NCBI GenBank assembly: GCA_963827165.1
Contig: CAWGZR010000005.1
Coordinates: 288,001 to 352,000 of the forward strand
Length of the DNA stretch: 64,000 nucleotides
Direction of reading: 5' to 3'
Source: Candidatus Bathyarchaeota archaeon
Lineage (GTDB): Archaea > Thermoproteota > Bathyarchaeia > Bathyarchaeales > Bathycorpusculaceae
The translations under genes were made by a program, and so were the position numbers. Below the pieces are notes generated by a model. The model had not been told where the DNA came from and searched no databases. It was given only the letters and a program-made list of their open reading frames with translations. How positions within the stretch are numbered: position 1 is the first letter of the stretch; each line of letters begins with the position of its first letter. Shown here in pieces: positions 52,789-63,850 of this stretch.

Positions 52789-53448
52789 CTGATGTAAATT
52801 TTCAAGCGAGAAAATCTTTGAGTGAAAAAAATATTATTGAATTTTGCTGCAGTAAAAATTAAGCAGGTTGGGTCTAAGCCTTAAGATGTTTCACGGCCCA
52901 TTGAAGCCATGTCCTTGTCGCTTCATGGTCTTTCACCGTTTTGACCACGTCACTCATAGCTCCACTGCTACATTGCTACGCCCAGCCCATTAAAGCAAAG
53001 TCTTTAGCGCATGCCAATTTTCCGCTGTTTTTATTGGCACACTCCTTGCTTCAATGCATTCGCATTTAAAGCGTGCTTCCCAACCTGCAAGATTACAATA
53101 GGCGTAGGTTTTATAAAACATATTTTTAACAGTCTTAAAGCAATAAACCATTGTTTAAGCATGTAAAAAAGTTCTTTTCTATCCAAACGATCGCTTATCA
53201 CTTGTAACTAATTCCAGTGTTCAGAAGAAGGAGGCTATCTGCTTTGACACAAACTGCGCAATTTAACATGAATAATGCAATTATTTCTAAAATTGAACGA
53301 AACGAGCGCCAGCCTGACGGGCTGTTCGCACGCGATCACGCCCAATACTGCAGGTTCCAAAACTTTTTATGCGACCACCAGATAAATGCAAAGTTTAAAA
53401 ATGCTCCTCTTCACTATTTGGTTCATTAAAACTTGCTGAGCGCTCTTC

Positions 53449-54141
53449 ATGTCTTTGATTCCAGAAGTATCTAACCCATTTCTGGCGGCGTTTGCTGGCG
53501 GATTACTCTATGGATTGGCTGTTTGCACTGCCTCATGCCTGCCCTATTTGGCAAGTTACATCGCGGGAGTTGGCGCGGGATTCCGCAGAAGCATAAAGAT
53601 AACGGCGATTTTTAATAGCGGCAGAATATTGGCTTACGCTTTGATCGGATCATTAGTCGGTTTGTTTAGTGGATTATTCAGGCTTGCCCTTTCTGGCTCA
53701 GCTACTTCGCCTTTCCAAACTTACTCAGCCATCGGATTCGGCGTTTTGTCCATAGCCATAGGTACAAGCATCATCATCAAATCAAGAGCCCCATGCGAAT
53801 GTACCCCCAAAGACACCAAAAAATTGGCGGAGCCAACCAAAATGGGCAGGTTCGGATTTGATTATAAAGCTTTCACGTTAGGCTTGGGCAGAGGGTTAAT
53901 TCTATGCCCGCCACTTGTGGCGCTTCTGGTTTATTCTCTGCCTTTTTCTACTCCACTGGGAAGCGTTGGGTTGGCAGTTTTGTTCGGCTTAGGAACCGCC
54001 CTCTCGCCTATGCTTTTGTTGGGAGGCGTTACGGGATGGCTTCTTAACAAGGCGCCATTGCTAAGAATGTGGATATCAATCGGCGGCGCAGCCGTACTAA
54101 TTCTGCTGGGGATAGTAGCGTTGGTTAATGCTTTAATTTGA
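53449..54141 (+). CDS. DsbD_2/TauE-like membrane protein (cytochrome c biogenesis/heavy-metal related)
   Basis: CTASC, FNSGRILAY, GLILCPP, LFGLGT. Confidence 0.8.
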   Translation: MSLIPEVSNPFLAAFAGGLLYGLAVCTASCLPYLASYIAGVGAGFRRSIKITAIFNSGRILAYALIGSLVGLFSGLFRLALSGSATSPFQTYSAIGFGVLSIAIGTSIIIKSRAPCECTPKDTKKLAEPTKMGRFGFDYKAFTLGLGRGLILCPPLVALLVYSLPFSTPLGSVGLAVLFGLGTALSPMLLLGGVTGWLLNKAPLLRMWISIGGAAVLILLGIVALVNALI

Positions 54142-54430
54142 TCCAAGAAGGCTGATCTGGAAATCGGTCGAAAGACAACAGCCGCTTAACGCTAGTTTTC
54201 GCAGTTGAAATAACTTTATTTTTATGTTGAAAGAGAAAATCAACAAACAATAGTTTGCAGGCTTCGATGTTGTTCTACCATATTTGAAGCCTCTGGTGTG
54301 TCTAGTCGGCTGGAAGGATAGATGAGATAAACGAACATGACCAAAGAAAGTTTTAGTATTTGTATCCAAAACTAACACAAGAATTGGTGCATAAAACAGC
54401 AAGAGGAAGCTAAGCAACTAAAAATGAGGT

Positions 54431-54661
54431 TTAGTAGAAGTTGCGTGCTTCTTTTCTTTTCTCTGCTTCCTCATAGAACCGCAGAACTTCATCGATTATT
54501 TCAACGTTTGATAGCAGCATGCGTCTGCAACAGTATCGTTTGATGCCGAGGCTGTCAAGGATGTCGCTGGCGTTTTCGCCTGTTTTGATTCGGCGCGTGA
54601 ACTCGTCCCATTGATCGCCGACCAGTTTGCCGCAGGTGAAACATCTAACGGGAATAATCAT
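54431..54661 (-). CDS. rpoN: RNA polymerase subunit Rpo10 (N)
   Basis: [19 protein letters not shown]. Confidence 0.97.
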   Translation of the reverse strand: MIIPVRCFTCGKLVGDQWDEFTRRIKTGENASDILDSLGIKRYCCRRMLLSNVEIIDEVLRFYEEAEKRKEARNFY

Positions 54662-54670
54662 ATTTTTTCC

Positions 54671-55081
54671 TTACCTGTAACTCTTCTGTTCCTTGGACCG
54701 TGCGCCCGCTCCACCGACCTTTTTGGTTTCTTTAGCCCTGCTGTCACCGACAATCATTGTGCGATCGTATTCGCTAAAGACGGTTCGTAGATGAGTGCTT
54801 TTTGTCCACTTCAAAAGCGCGTTTGCAATGGATACTCTGGCTGCTTCTGCCTGACCCATGTAGCCTCCGCCGCTGGTTTGCACATCCATGTCTAGCTGTT
54901 CCCAGACTTCTTTGCCTGCCTGAAGCAGCGGCTCCATTATTTTTGCTTTCGCAACGTCGGGTTCGAAAATTTCAACAGGTGTCCTGTTTATCCGCACTTT
55001 CCCTATGCCTTGCTTAACTACGGCTCGGGCGACTGCGGTCTTTCTTTTTCCACTGACAACTAAAACTTTTTTCGCTGGCAT
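54671..55081 (-). CDS. rps9: 30S ribosomal protein uS9
   Basis: GKRKTAVARA, GGG..GQAEA, QKSYR. Confidence 0.97.
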   Translation of the reverse strand: MPAKKVLVVSGKRKTAVARAVVKQGIGKVRINRTPVEIFEPDVAKAKIMEPLLQAGKEVWEQLDMDVQTSGGGYMGQAEAARVSIANALLKWTKSTHLRTVFSEYDRTMIVGDSRAKETKKVGGAGARSKEQKSYR

Positions 55082-55083
55082 AA

Positions 55084-55536
55084 TTATTCACCTTTGCTCC
55101 AGCCTATTTCTTTCGCCATTTCTGCAAGGGTAAAATGTGGCCCTTTCAGGTTGGCAGATGAGGCTTCTTCAAATGTAATCATTTCTTTGCCTTTCAGTTC
55201 CAGTGGTACGCCCATGAAAACTTTGAGTCGTTTAAAAGCGGTTTTACCTCTAGGCTGCTTGAACGGAACCATGCCTCGCACGGTTTTACGCAGATATTTA
55301 TCTGGTCTACGATAATGAAATGGACCACGTTCAGGTGCGCCTACTTCAAGAAACTGTTTGGCTTCTGCAACTTTGCTTTTCTTTTTGCCTGAGAAAACGG
55401 CTTTCTCGGCGTTAAGAATGATAACCTCTTCTCCATTTAGGAGTCGTTTGGCAACTTTACTGCAAAGTCTGCCAACTATTAATCCTTCAGCGTTAACGAG
55501 AGTAACTGGAGTTTTTGTTGTTTGCATATTTCTCAC
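55084..55536 (-). CDS. rpl13: 50S ribosomal protein uL13
   Basis: GRLCSKVAKRLL, RGPFHYRRPD, VRGMVP. Confidence 0.96.
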   Translation of the reverse strand: MRNMQTTKTPVTLVNAEGLIVGRLCSKVAKRLLNGEEVIILNAEKAVFSGKKKSKVAEAKQFLEVGAPERGPFHYRRPDKYLRKTVRGMVPFKQPRGKTAFKRLKVFMGVPLELKGKEMITFEEASSANLKGPHFTLAEMAKEIGWSKGE

Positions 55537-55895
55537 CGAATGATTTTGATGTTTGCACCCTTGGGATTTTTTTCTAAGAGTTCAGGAATGGAAAGGTATT
55601 TTCCTTTAGCGGCAACAAGTTTTGCTTTGGCTTTCTCAGAAACACCAAATGAAGCGATCGTTAACGAGTGGTTTATGCTGCCGGATCCCAAGATTTTGCC
55701 TGGAACAACCACTGTTTCAGCGCGTTTTGTGTTCCTGTTTATCGTGCTCAAATTAACTGAGATGCGGTGACTGCGTGTTTTGGAAAGGTATTCTGCAATA
55801 TCTAGCCAGATAGCTGCTTGTTTTTCTTTGCTTTCTTTCTTGAGCAAATCGATAAGTTGGATTAATTCGGGATTTGTTGATTTTGACTCTTTCAT
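55533..55895 (-). CDS. rpl18e: 50S ribosomal protein eL18
   Basis: TNPEL, VNLSTIN, VVPGKILGSG. Confidence 0.96.
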   Translation of the reverse strand: MKESKSTNPELIQLIDLLKKESKEKQAAIWLDIAEYLSKTRSHRISVNLSTINRNTKRAETVVVPGKILGSGSINHSLTIASFGVSEKAKAKLVAAKGKYLSIPELLEKNPKGANIKIIR

Positions 55896-56719
55896 TGCGA
55901 TTCAGCCTTTAACAATTCTTCAATTTCATTTAGTTCTTTACCTAACGTTTTTGTGGCTTCTTGGAGGATTCGTTCTGGAGGAAGCGCACCTGTTGACTCG
56001 ATAGTCATTATGAACGCGTTCTTTTCCCATTCAATCTTAAGTGGTGAAGGCTTCTTGGGGCAAGCTTCAACGCAATCCATGCAGAGGTTACAGGCCAAAA
56101 GATCCCTGACATCAACTTTGTCATCTTTAACCGCCAGCACCTTTTTGGGGCAGACGTCGGCGCATTTCGCGCAGTCTTCGCATTTTTCTGCGGGGGCAGT
56201 TATCTTTGGATAGTACTTGTATACGCACATTGAAACGGGCTGCCACTTTGCATGGACTTTGCCTCTTCCCAAACGTGCATAAGCTTCAAGCTTGAGTTTC
56301 TGGTTTTTGGCAAGCTTGATTATCGGTATTTTATCTGACACTGGAATAATTTCTGGGTTTTCAGATACGATTTCACCTGAGTAAACCGTTCTGGTTCCTT
56401 CTTTGGCTTCTGCGTCAATCGTGAGTGTCACTCGACATTGGGGGCAGCCAAATTCACTTTGGCATTCACATTCTTCAGGAAGGTTATAAGCATCTAAATC
56501 GGTTTTTAGGGGTGTGAGACCTAACCTGTGAGCGATTATTTCATCCTGCAAAATAGAGCTGTTCTCAATCATAACGACTTCTTCGATCGCCATTGTTGGT
56601 ACTTCAGCAAGCGCTATGCGACGCAGAGCGTTCATTAGCGGAACATCCGCATCTCTTATGATTATGCGGAGGTTGATATCGTTTTTTTCAAGGATTTCCA
56701 TTTTCACTTGCTGAGACAC
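55892..56719 (-). CDS. rpoD: RNA polymerase subunit Rpo3 (D) with ferredoxin-like domain
   Basis: NALRR, DEIIAHRLGL, HAKW, CxxCxxC...CP twice. Confidence 0.96.
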   Translation of the reverse strand: MSQQVKMEILEKNDINLRIIIRDADVPLMNALRRIALAEVPTMAIEEVVMIENSSILQDEIIAHRLGLTPLKTDLDAYNLPEECECQSEFGCPQCRVTLTIDAEAKEGTRTVYSGEIVSENPEIIPVSDKIPIIKLAKNQKLKLEAYARLGRGKVHAKWQPVSMCVYKYYPKITAPAEKCEDCAKCADVCPKKVLAVKDDKVDVRDLLACNLCMDCVEACPKKPSPLKIEWEKNAFIMTIESTGALPPERILQEATKTLGKELNEIEELLKAESQ

Positions 56720-56810
56720 TCCAATAAAGTTACCGTAATATGTGTTGCGTTCAATAGAGATATGGGTGCATTATTTCAATTTTTCTGTCAATAAAGAAGG
56801 GAAACTGAGT

Positions 56811-57215
56811 TTAGACTCTTCTTCCTCTTCTGCCGCCGGGTCTTCTTGTGCCGTCATGGGGTATTGGTGTGACTTCTTCGATGCGTTCAATACGGAACCC
56901 AAACCTTGCCAATGCACGAATGGCTGCTTGGGCGCCTGGACCAGGGGTTCTTGGTCCGCTGCCTCCAGGGGCTCGGACTTTGATGTGAATAGCGGTTATG
57001 CCTTTGTCTCGGGCTACTTCAGCTGCGCCAGTTGCCGCTCGCATCGCAGCGTATGGTGATGATTCCATGCGATCTGCTTTGACGAACATGCCGCCACTTG
57101 TTCGGGCGATTGTTTCGGCACCTGAAATGTCAGTGATGTGTATTAGCGTGTTGTTGTATGAGCTGAATATGTGCACGATTGCCCATTTGTCGTTTCTTTT
57201 GCTGTTGGCGCTCAG
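56811..57215 (-). CDS. rps11: 30S ribosomal protein uS11 (probable CTG start overlapping the rps4 stop)
   Basis: [34 protein letters not shown]. Confidence 0.95.
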   Translation of the reverse strand: MSANSKRNDKWAIVHIFSSYNNTLIHITDISGAETIARTSGGMFVKADRMESSPYAAMRAATGAAEVARDKGITAIHIKVRAPGGSGPRTPGPGAQAAIRALARFGFRIERIEEVTPIPHDGTRRPGGRRGRRV

Positions 57216-57802
57216 AATCTGCCGCCTCCTCTTCCGCCTCTTCTGCCGCGTTGTGGCTGCCTAATTTCAACCTGCTTGGCGACGACTGTTAAGCCCGCGC
57301 GTAATGGGTGTGCTTGGTTTGCTACGGCGCTTTCAGGTGAATAAATAATTTTGGGTTCATCGAGTTTTGCAACCATGTAACCGGGTATTGTTACTCGGCG
57401 GTTGTCAATGGTTACGTGTCCATGCGTGATTAATTGGCGTGATTGGAAGACGGTTCTAGCTAAGCCTTTTCGGAAAACTATGGTTTGAAGTCTACGCTCC
57501 AAAATGTCTTCTATAGTTAAGTCTAAAACGTTGTCTAAAACTGCGGTTTCTTGCAGGATTCCGATTTTCTTTAGTTTTGTTAGCAATTCATTTTCCATTT
57601 TTGCTCGTTCTTCGGGAGTTTTGCTGATAAGTGATCGGGCGATGCCTCTGGTTTTAGATAAGGTTGTTTTGTGACGCCAAAGTTCATGCTTGTTGCGCAG
57701 ACCGTACTGACCCAGGAGTTTAAGTTCTTCCTGGAGGATGTCTTTGCGCCAGCGGAACCTTGGCGTATCGAACTTTTTACGTTGCTTCTTTGGATCACCC
57801 AT
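57212..57802 (-). CDS. rps4: 30S ribosomal protein uS4
   Basis: [31 protein letters not shown]. Confidence 0.97.
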   Translation of the reverse strand: MGDPKKQRKKFDTPRFRWRKDILQEELKLLGQYGLRNKHELWRHKTTLSKTRGIARSLISKTPEERAKMENELLTKLKKIGILQETAVLDNVLDLTIEDILERRLQTIVFRKGLARTVFQSRQLITHGHVTIDNRRVTIPGYMVAKLDEPKIIYSPESAVANQAHPLRAGLTVVAKQVEIRQPQRGRRGGRGGGRF

Positions 57803-57804
57803 AA

Positions 57805-58296
57805 TTATTTGCCTCCTTCGGCAGGTGCAGCTCCGCCGGGTTTCTGCAAGAGTGTCTTCTTCTTGACGCCTAAAGCTTTGCCTGCTCTTCCAGTGGTTTT
57901 CGTGTGTTGACCACGGACTTTAAGGCTGTATGCATGGCGGTATCCACGCCAAGACCTGATGTTTTTAGCGTCATCAATATCTTGTTTTGTCCTTAAAACC
58001 AAATCAGCGCTTAAAAGATGCATGTCTTTTCCTGACTCAGAATCTTTTCGCCTGTTAAAAAGCCAAATCGGAATGCTGTACTTTGCCGGCTCCTTAATAA
58101 CATTCTCAATCTTTGATATGTCCGACTCTGTAAGGAAACCCACTCGCAGATCAGGATTCACTTCTGCCTTCTTCAAAATTGCGTTTGAAAGGCTCATGCT
58201 AACGCCTTTTATCTGTGCGATAGCGTAAGAAGTCTTAAGGGTACCTGGAACGTCTGTACCCATAATGCGAAGTATATAACGATATTCCTGTGACAT
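57805..58296 (-). CDS. rps13: 30S ribosomal protein uS13
   Basis: NRRKD, SWRGYRH..LKVRGQHTKTTGR. Confidence 0.97.
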   Translation of the reverse strand: MSQEYRYILRIMGTDVPGTLKTSYAIAQIKGVSMSLSNAILKKAEVNPDLRVGFLTESDISKIENVIKEPAKYSIPIWLFNRRKDSESGKDMHLLSADLVLRTKQDIDDAKNIRSWRGYRHAYSLKVRGQHTKTTGRAGKALGVKKKTLLQKPGGAAPAEGGK

Positions 58297-58350
58297 GCTA
58301 AATTTTCATCCGTTTTTTACATTGAAAGCATATACGAAATGAGACAGTGT

Positions 58351-58367
58351 TTATTTAAACCTTTTTG
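58351..58367 (-). promoter_or_regulatory. Putative BRE-TATA promoter of the rps13 operon
   Basis: Minus strand CAAAAAGGTTTAAATAA about 55 nt upstream of the ATG. Confidence 0.55.
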
Positions 58368-58412
58368 ACTCGAAAAACTTAACTGAGGTTTAGGCACGGA
58401 AATCCTGTGAAA

Positions 58413-60723
58413 TCAATATTGGTCTTTTTCATCTGCCACTTCCTCCAGCCGAGTTGTCTTTGGATCAGTTAACCGAGCTGATTGGTCACCGGTTTGGTCG
58501 CTTGCAAGTTTTTTCTTTCGCCTGCTCTGATAATAAATCGCTGCCGACAAAACGGCAGCGCCTGTGACTGCTGAGCCGACCGCTATGGGAAGAGCATCTG
58601 AAGCGGGAGTCGTCACTTTGTAGGGACGCATCATCTCGTTATCCTCGTGCTCCAGGAGATGGCAATGCCAAACGTATCCTGGTCCCGCAGTTGCGTCGAA
58701 TGGAAAGCCTGTCCCGTCTTGCTGTGCAAATCGCACTCGGAGGGTTACAACTTCACCCGAGTTTACTATAATCGTGTCTTTCCAGCATTGCTCTTCCGGC
58801 TGAGGTTGACTTATGGTTGTGTTTAGGAAGGATGAGAGTGATTGAACGTTTTTTGTCGGGTGATTAAAAGGCGGCAGCCCGTTGATTCTTAGCCATTCGT
58901 CTGTATATGATCCCGCCGCACCCAATGTTTGTCGCTGGACAAGTTGAAACTGCACTAGATGAATGTGAATAGGGTGAGCGTCCATAGTTGGGTTAACTAT
59001 TACCCAATCCTCGGTTGCTCCTAACTCAGGCATTTCTGAGGTTGATGCATCCCAAGTTTGCCCGTCTAAGAAGGGCTTCAACAGTCGTTCCGTTTGAATC
59101 GGCAATCTCATAAAGCGTCAAAGTTCGATGCTTTATCGGTTTGGGTAACGTAGGAAAAGCGGATCCTGCAAGCGTGGGATTGAATGGATTTGGTGCTGAA
59201 CCGATACTAAAGGGCGCGATTCCTAGTGCGTCGTTGGCTGTGAACTGCATTACCTCGCCCTCGGTTGTGGATGGTGAAAGCAATGCGGTGTTTTGAAGGA
59301 TGACCTTTTCGCCTGGAGCGAGATTGGAGAAGTCAACTATTACATCCGCGCGTTCAGCAGGTGCTAGGGATAATGAGGTCACGGAGACCGGCGCCCTCAT
59401 GTAACCGCCGTCACTTCCAATCTGGATGAAGGTCATAGCGTTTGAGAAAGCGAGGGCATAGAATCGTGTGTTTGACCCATTTAAGAATCTAAGGCGATAT
59501 TGTCCTCTATCAACATTCATATTGGGCCATGCTTTGCCGTTTACCATTATCACGTTACCTATGAAATTGTTAACCCAGTACGGATGCGTGTCAGTTGCTG
59601 AACCGACCGATGGGTAGCTTAAAGAGCCGTCGCTGTTGAAGGTTCTGTCTTGAATCACTAAAGGCATCTCGTATTTTCCAGCGGGCAACTTGGCAGCAAC
59701 CTGGTCGGCGCCGACGGGTTCTCTTATCAGGTAGAAACCTGCAAGCCCAGACAGCACATTTAGTCTGGTGACACCTAAGGCGTGATCGTGGTACCACAAG
59801 GTCGTTGGCTGCTGCGAATTAGGATAATAGTATACAGCGGCGTTTGAAGAGGTCTTTTCAGCCGTGTAATATGTTTGGCCATGCTTTCCGTCTGATGTGA
59901 ACCATTGGTTTGGTCCTCCATCAGAGTAGGATTGGTTTTCTCCTCCATGGAGATGAGTTACAAGCGGAACCAGAGATTGTGCGTTTGGATAACCGGGAGG
60001 ATATGCGGGAAAAGGCGCAGCGGGCATCGAGTTGTTGCTGGGGTTGGCCCAGTGGATGGTGGGGTCGACTGAAAACATATACGAGGATGTGATGTTGTTT
60101 TGCCACTGAACTTGAATTGGGATACCTCTCACGGCTTCAAAAGTGGGTCCAGGCGTGGTTTGAATGGAGCCTAATGATGCCCCAGTTATTGCATCAGTGG
60201 CTGAACCCGCATAACCCCAAACCGGAGTAAGCAGGTTCATGGAGGGGGGAAGGATTTGTTGATTAAAGCTTTCCATGCTTACTGCGTAGTCATGTCGAAT
60301 AACTTTACCTTGATTTGTTACGATGTTAGGTTGGTAAACAGGCGGTGGACCGACCAGCTGATTCTCGAATTGTGGAATCATAAGAGGATCAAGAGAAGAC
60401 AAGCCAGCGCGGGCTGCACCAGGGGATTCCATTTGTGCGATTAGCCGTTTTGAAGGATTAAGAAGTTGATTTGTCGTCGATGCAAAAGCCAAAGGTTTCA
60501 GAGAATCTGATAAGAAAATCGCAGTTAACCCAGCGCCTGCTGTTAGAGCGGTCAATTTCAAGAATTCCCTCCGATTCAACCCTTGATGGCCCACCGCCGC
60601 AATCCCAGCCTCTTTGGCCGTTGAAGAAGATACAGGTCTACCATTAGAATCTGAATCCGCTGACTCAATTGCTGATCGTTTTTTGAATTGGAAACTTCGA
60701 TAACTCAATCGTCGATTCACCAT
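58413..60723 (-). CDS. Tat-exported multicopper oxidase (CotA/bilirubin oxidase-like) with C-terminal TM anchor; one frameshift near 59070
   Basis: NRREFLK, THLHGG, WYHDH, HPIHIHL, WHCHLLEHEDNEMM. Confidence 0.9.
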
Positions 60724-60900
60724 TTTAGCACGAAAAAATGTTTGAATCAGGTTGTGCTCTCAAGGTTGAGAGAACCGAGTTGTTTTAAGAACGTTTGTGA
60801 CTGTATAGTAACATCAACAACTTTTCGTAGAGTTGGATAAATTTGTTTTTTGGGGCGAAACCTAAATACTTTCATTGCAAGCTTTAAACTGAAGAGAATA

Positions 60901-61155
60901 ATGGACCTCATAACAGTCATCGGTTTGGTCGCCGCGGCGTTCACTACGATTGCTCTTGTTCCGCAGTTGATGAAAGTATGGAAAACCAAGTCAACCAAAG
61001 ACATTTCGACAGGGATGTTTACGCTTTATTGCGGTGGCGTATTTTTGTGGTTTGTATACGGGACTTACATAGGCGACTTGCCCATCATACTCGCTAATTC
61101 TTTAGCATTTGTCCAAGCGCTTGCAATCCTGATTTTCAAGGCAAAATACAAGTAG
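60901..61155 (+). CDS. SemiSWEET/PQ-loop transporter
   Basis: TTIALVPQLMKVWKTKSTKDIS, WFVYG, PIILAN. Confidence 0.92.
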   Translation: MDLITVIGLVAAAFTTIALVPQLMKVWKTKSTKDISTGMFTLYCGGVFLWFVYGTYIGDLPIILANSLAFVQALAILIFKAKYK

Positions 61156-61164
61156 CAACATAGT

Positions 61165-61431
61165 TTAAGCTTCGCTAACCACGTCAATAACGTTCAGTGC
61201 TGTGCTTATCCACCTTAAATAAGCGTTCAAAGTCGCCCGCAACGCAACGGTGTCCTCAGCATCAACCGCCAAAACAATAGACAAGCCATTAGCCTCAAGT
61301 GTCACCGAAGCGCGTCTAGACACATTACCTTTGGCTTCAGGGTCAAGTGCCTTTAGAAGCGTTGCCAATTGCTCTTGAGATCGGAGTTTTAACCGGATGA
61401 TGGCTTTGGCTCTCGCTGACAGGAGGAACAC
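61165..61431 (-). CDS. pcc1: KEOPS complex subunit Pcc1
   Basis: ALDPE..RASV..AEDTVALRATLNAYLRWI. Confidence 0.88.
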   Translation of the reverse strand: MFLLSARAKAIIRLKLRSQEQLATLLKALDPEAKGNVSRRASVTLEANGLSIVLAVDAEDTVALRATLNAYLRWISTALNVIDVVSEA

Positions 61432-61789
61432 CTATATCTAAATTGCAGCTTCAAAGTTATAAACGAGCCCAAACCAAAATTACTTAGGTTACATCCAGGA
61501 TTAATTTTTGGCGTAAAAATTCGCTACAGCTCTAAACGACCTTTTTTGGTTCTCAAGCATATCGGGGAAGGACTTCTGTGTTTCTCAGCATCATAATATT
61601 TACGAGGCTGACTTTCCCATGTCAAGATCAAATCGCGGGTCATCGCTTTAAGAAGTAATTTGTTAAAAGAAGTGGAATGCGAAGGCGCCTTTAAGGTTCA
61701 TTATGAATTTGCTTCGAGTTATTAAATTCTGTTAGCACCCTTCTACATTTATTCGTGATGGGAAATACTGAAGTTTCTGTTTCTAAAGA

Positions 61790-62554
61790 GTGCCCGTTTG
61801 GGAAAGCCAAAAATTATGGATTCTGAAAAGCCTTATAGCCAAAAGAAATTATTATTATGGATTTGTGGGAGGGCCAAGCGGCATTTATAGAAAAAGCTTT
61901 GCATGTGGAATTTCCATAGCTGCATTAATTCTCACTTTGATGTGGGTTTGCCCAAACACGTCGGCACAGACCAACTCAGTATTTGGGCCCGCCACCAAAT
62001 TCAGAGTTCCGGCCTACAATGGTGTCATCAGCTTTGCAACAAACGGAAGCTACATGTCAGCCACATTTGCGGATAATACTTGGACCTTTAAGAACCTCCG
62101 CCTTAACGGGTCACAACCGCTAGATAACCTTGAAATTTCAACTGAAAATTCTAGCGTCACGATAAACTCTTACCAGACTGTAACCTTTGGTTTTCCAAGT
62201 GAATTCCTGAACATTTCAGTTCAAGGCAAAGGGCAGCAAGTCATTAACATGGGCGTGGGCGCCTTTTCGGGAACCAATGTGGATTGGGTTGTTGCCTCCA
62301 ATGTCACCTTTCTGAACAGCGGTTGGAGCGTATCGCATAACGGAACGGTAACTTTAACGGGGTTAACTGGAAACCTAAACATTATTTACTTCAATTTCAC
62401 GAGCCAAATAGGATCTTCCAACCTACCATTCTATAAGGCCCATTCAGTCGCGATCGCGGTAACGATCGGGGTAATTGCAACTTTTGGTGCTGCCGTGGTT
62501 GTTCGGGTTGCAGTCAGAAAGCGTACAGGAACGGTGCGGGGTGGGCAAGCATGA
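61790..62554 (+). CDS. Secreted beta-rich protein with C-terminal TM anchor
   Basis: Signal-like helix, Asn/Thr-rich body, TM plus basic tail; ATGA overlap with the next gene. Confidence 0.7.
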   Translation: MPVWESQKLWILKSLIAKRNYYYGFVGGPSGIYRKSFACGISIAALILTLMWVCPNTSAQTNSVFGPATKFRVPAYNGVISFATNGSYMSATFADNTWTFKNLRLNGSQPLDNLEISTENSSVTINSYQTVTFGFPSEFLNISVQGKGQQVINMGVGAFSGTNVDWVVASNVTFLNSGWSVSHNGTVTLTGLTGNLNIIYFNFTSQIGSSNLPFYKAHSVAIAVTIGVIATFGAAVVVRVAVRKRTGTVRGGQA

Positions 62555-63774
62555 CATGGACGACCCCAAGCTACATAGTGCTTCCGATCTACGTTGCAAT
62601 AGTGGTCATCGGAATCTTGCTTATCTACAAGTTGACCAAAGACAAAACCAAGAACATAAGCTCTCTTAGGCTCTTCGTTCAAATCGCAGCCGTCTTCGCG
62701 CTTTTCATGGGCCTAATCTTAGGTCCCTTCGATGTCCCCCTTTACTCACCCCTGGGAATTGCGCCCAGGAGCTTATTGCTAGGTGGCAATCTGCTGGGAA
62801 ATCAGTTCCCCGACGGCATTTCCTTCCCAGTCTTAGCTTGTTACTACCCCAACGGACGAACTGTCACATGTCCAATCTGGCAGATTCAAGCATATATTTT
62901 CCCATTTTGGAATTACGCAAGAGGCTACGATGTAGTTTACTCAACGTCTGGTCTTGAGAAAATTGGCATAGTCATCGGCCTAGTCGCGATTGCTGCCATA
63001 ATTGCAGGCAGATTTTTCTGCGGTTGGCTTTGTCCCTTCGGCCTCTATCAGGACGTGTTGACACGTGTACGTAAGGCAACTAGGCTCAAGCACCTGACTT
63101 TTTCTGAGAAAACAAACAGAGCGCTAGCGCAATCAAGATGGATCATAATCGCTGTTTTCCTCATCCTCAGCGTCATGTTTGCGTCATACGAGATTTTCGG
63201 TCACCAGTTGATTCCAGGCACGACGCCTGGCGGACCCGAAGGAACGGAGGCAGGCAACGTCGGCTTCCTTAACGAGCCATTCTGCCTGGTTTGCCCCATG
63301 CGCCCGCTCTGCGTTTTGATTGAATGCGCTGTAGGCTCCATGAAGCTCTCTTACGTGTCCCAGATCATATATGGACCGCTAGCGATTCGCGGAGGCTACA
63401 TTTCATCCATAAACATCGCAGTTCTAATCGCAATAACAGCTTTAGCTTTAGCATACAGACGGTTTTTCTGCAGAATCTGTCCTTTGGGCGCCCTAACAGC
63501 AGCGTTCAGTGCTTACACCCCGTTCAGGCAAATCGCAATTACCAAGTTGGAGAAGAACGAGGAGAAATGCACCAAATGCGGTGTCTGTAAACGAGTCTGC
63601 CCAACCCAAGCCACAGACGTTTACGAGAAGAAAGGCGGCGACGTAACAGAATCCAGATGCATCCTATGTGCACGGTGTGTTGAAGCATGCCCATATGAGG
63701 ATGCGTTGGCTTTGAAAGTAGCGGGGCAAACTGTGATGCACTCAAGAAACTGGCTGGAAAAAGAATCTTCTTGA
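62551..63774 (+). CDS. NapH/MauN-like membrane 4Fe-4S polyferredoxin
   Basis: GRFFCGWLCPFG, FCRICPLG, two CxxCxxCxxxCP clusters. Confidence 0.88.
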   Translation: MTWTTPSYIVLPIYVAIVVIGILLIYKLTKDKTKNISSLRLFVQIAAVFALFMGLILGPFDVPLYSPLGIAPRSLLLGGNLLGNQFPDGISFPVLACYYPNGRTVTCPIWQIQAYIFPFWNYARGYDVVYSTSGLEKIGIVIGLVAIAAIIAGRFFCGWLCPFGLYQDVLTRVRKATRLKHLTFSEKTNRALAQSRWIIIAVFLILSVMFASYEIFGHQLIPGTTPGGPEGTEAGNVGFLNEPFCLVCPMRPLCVLIECAVGSMKLSYVSQIIYGPLAIRGGYISSINIAVLIAITALALAYRRFFCRICPLGALTAAFSAYTPFRQIAITKLEKNEEKCTKCGVCKRVCPTQATDVYEKKGGDVTESRCILCARCVEACPYEDALALKVAGQTVMHSRNWLEKESS

Positions 63775-63850
63775 GAGGGAATTAGCGTTTTTCTCACCCT
63801 TGTTGGCCAATGGGATCTTTGACTTTAATGTTAAATGACGGTGGTCGCTT

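Noticed and set aside
52880-53020. Possible small degraded gene on the minus strand
   Set aside because: Interrupted by stops; similarity too weak to name.
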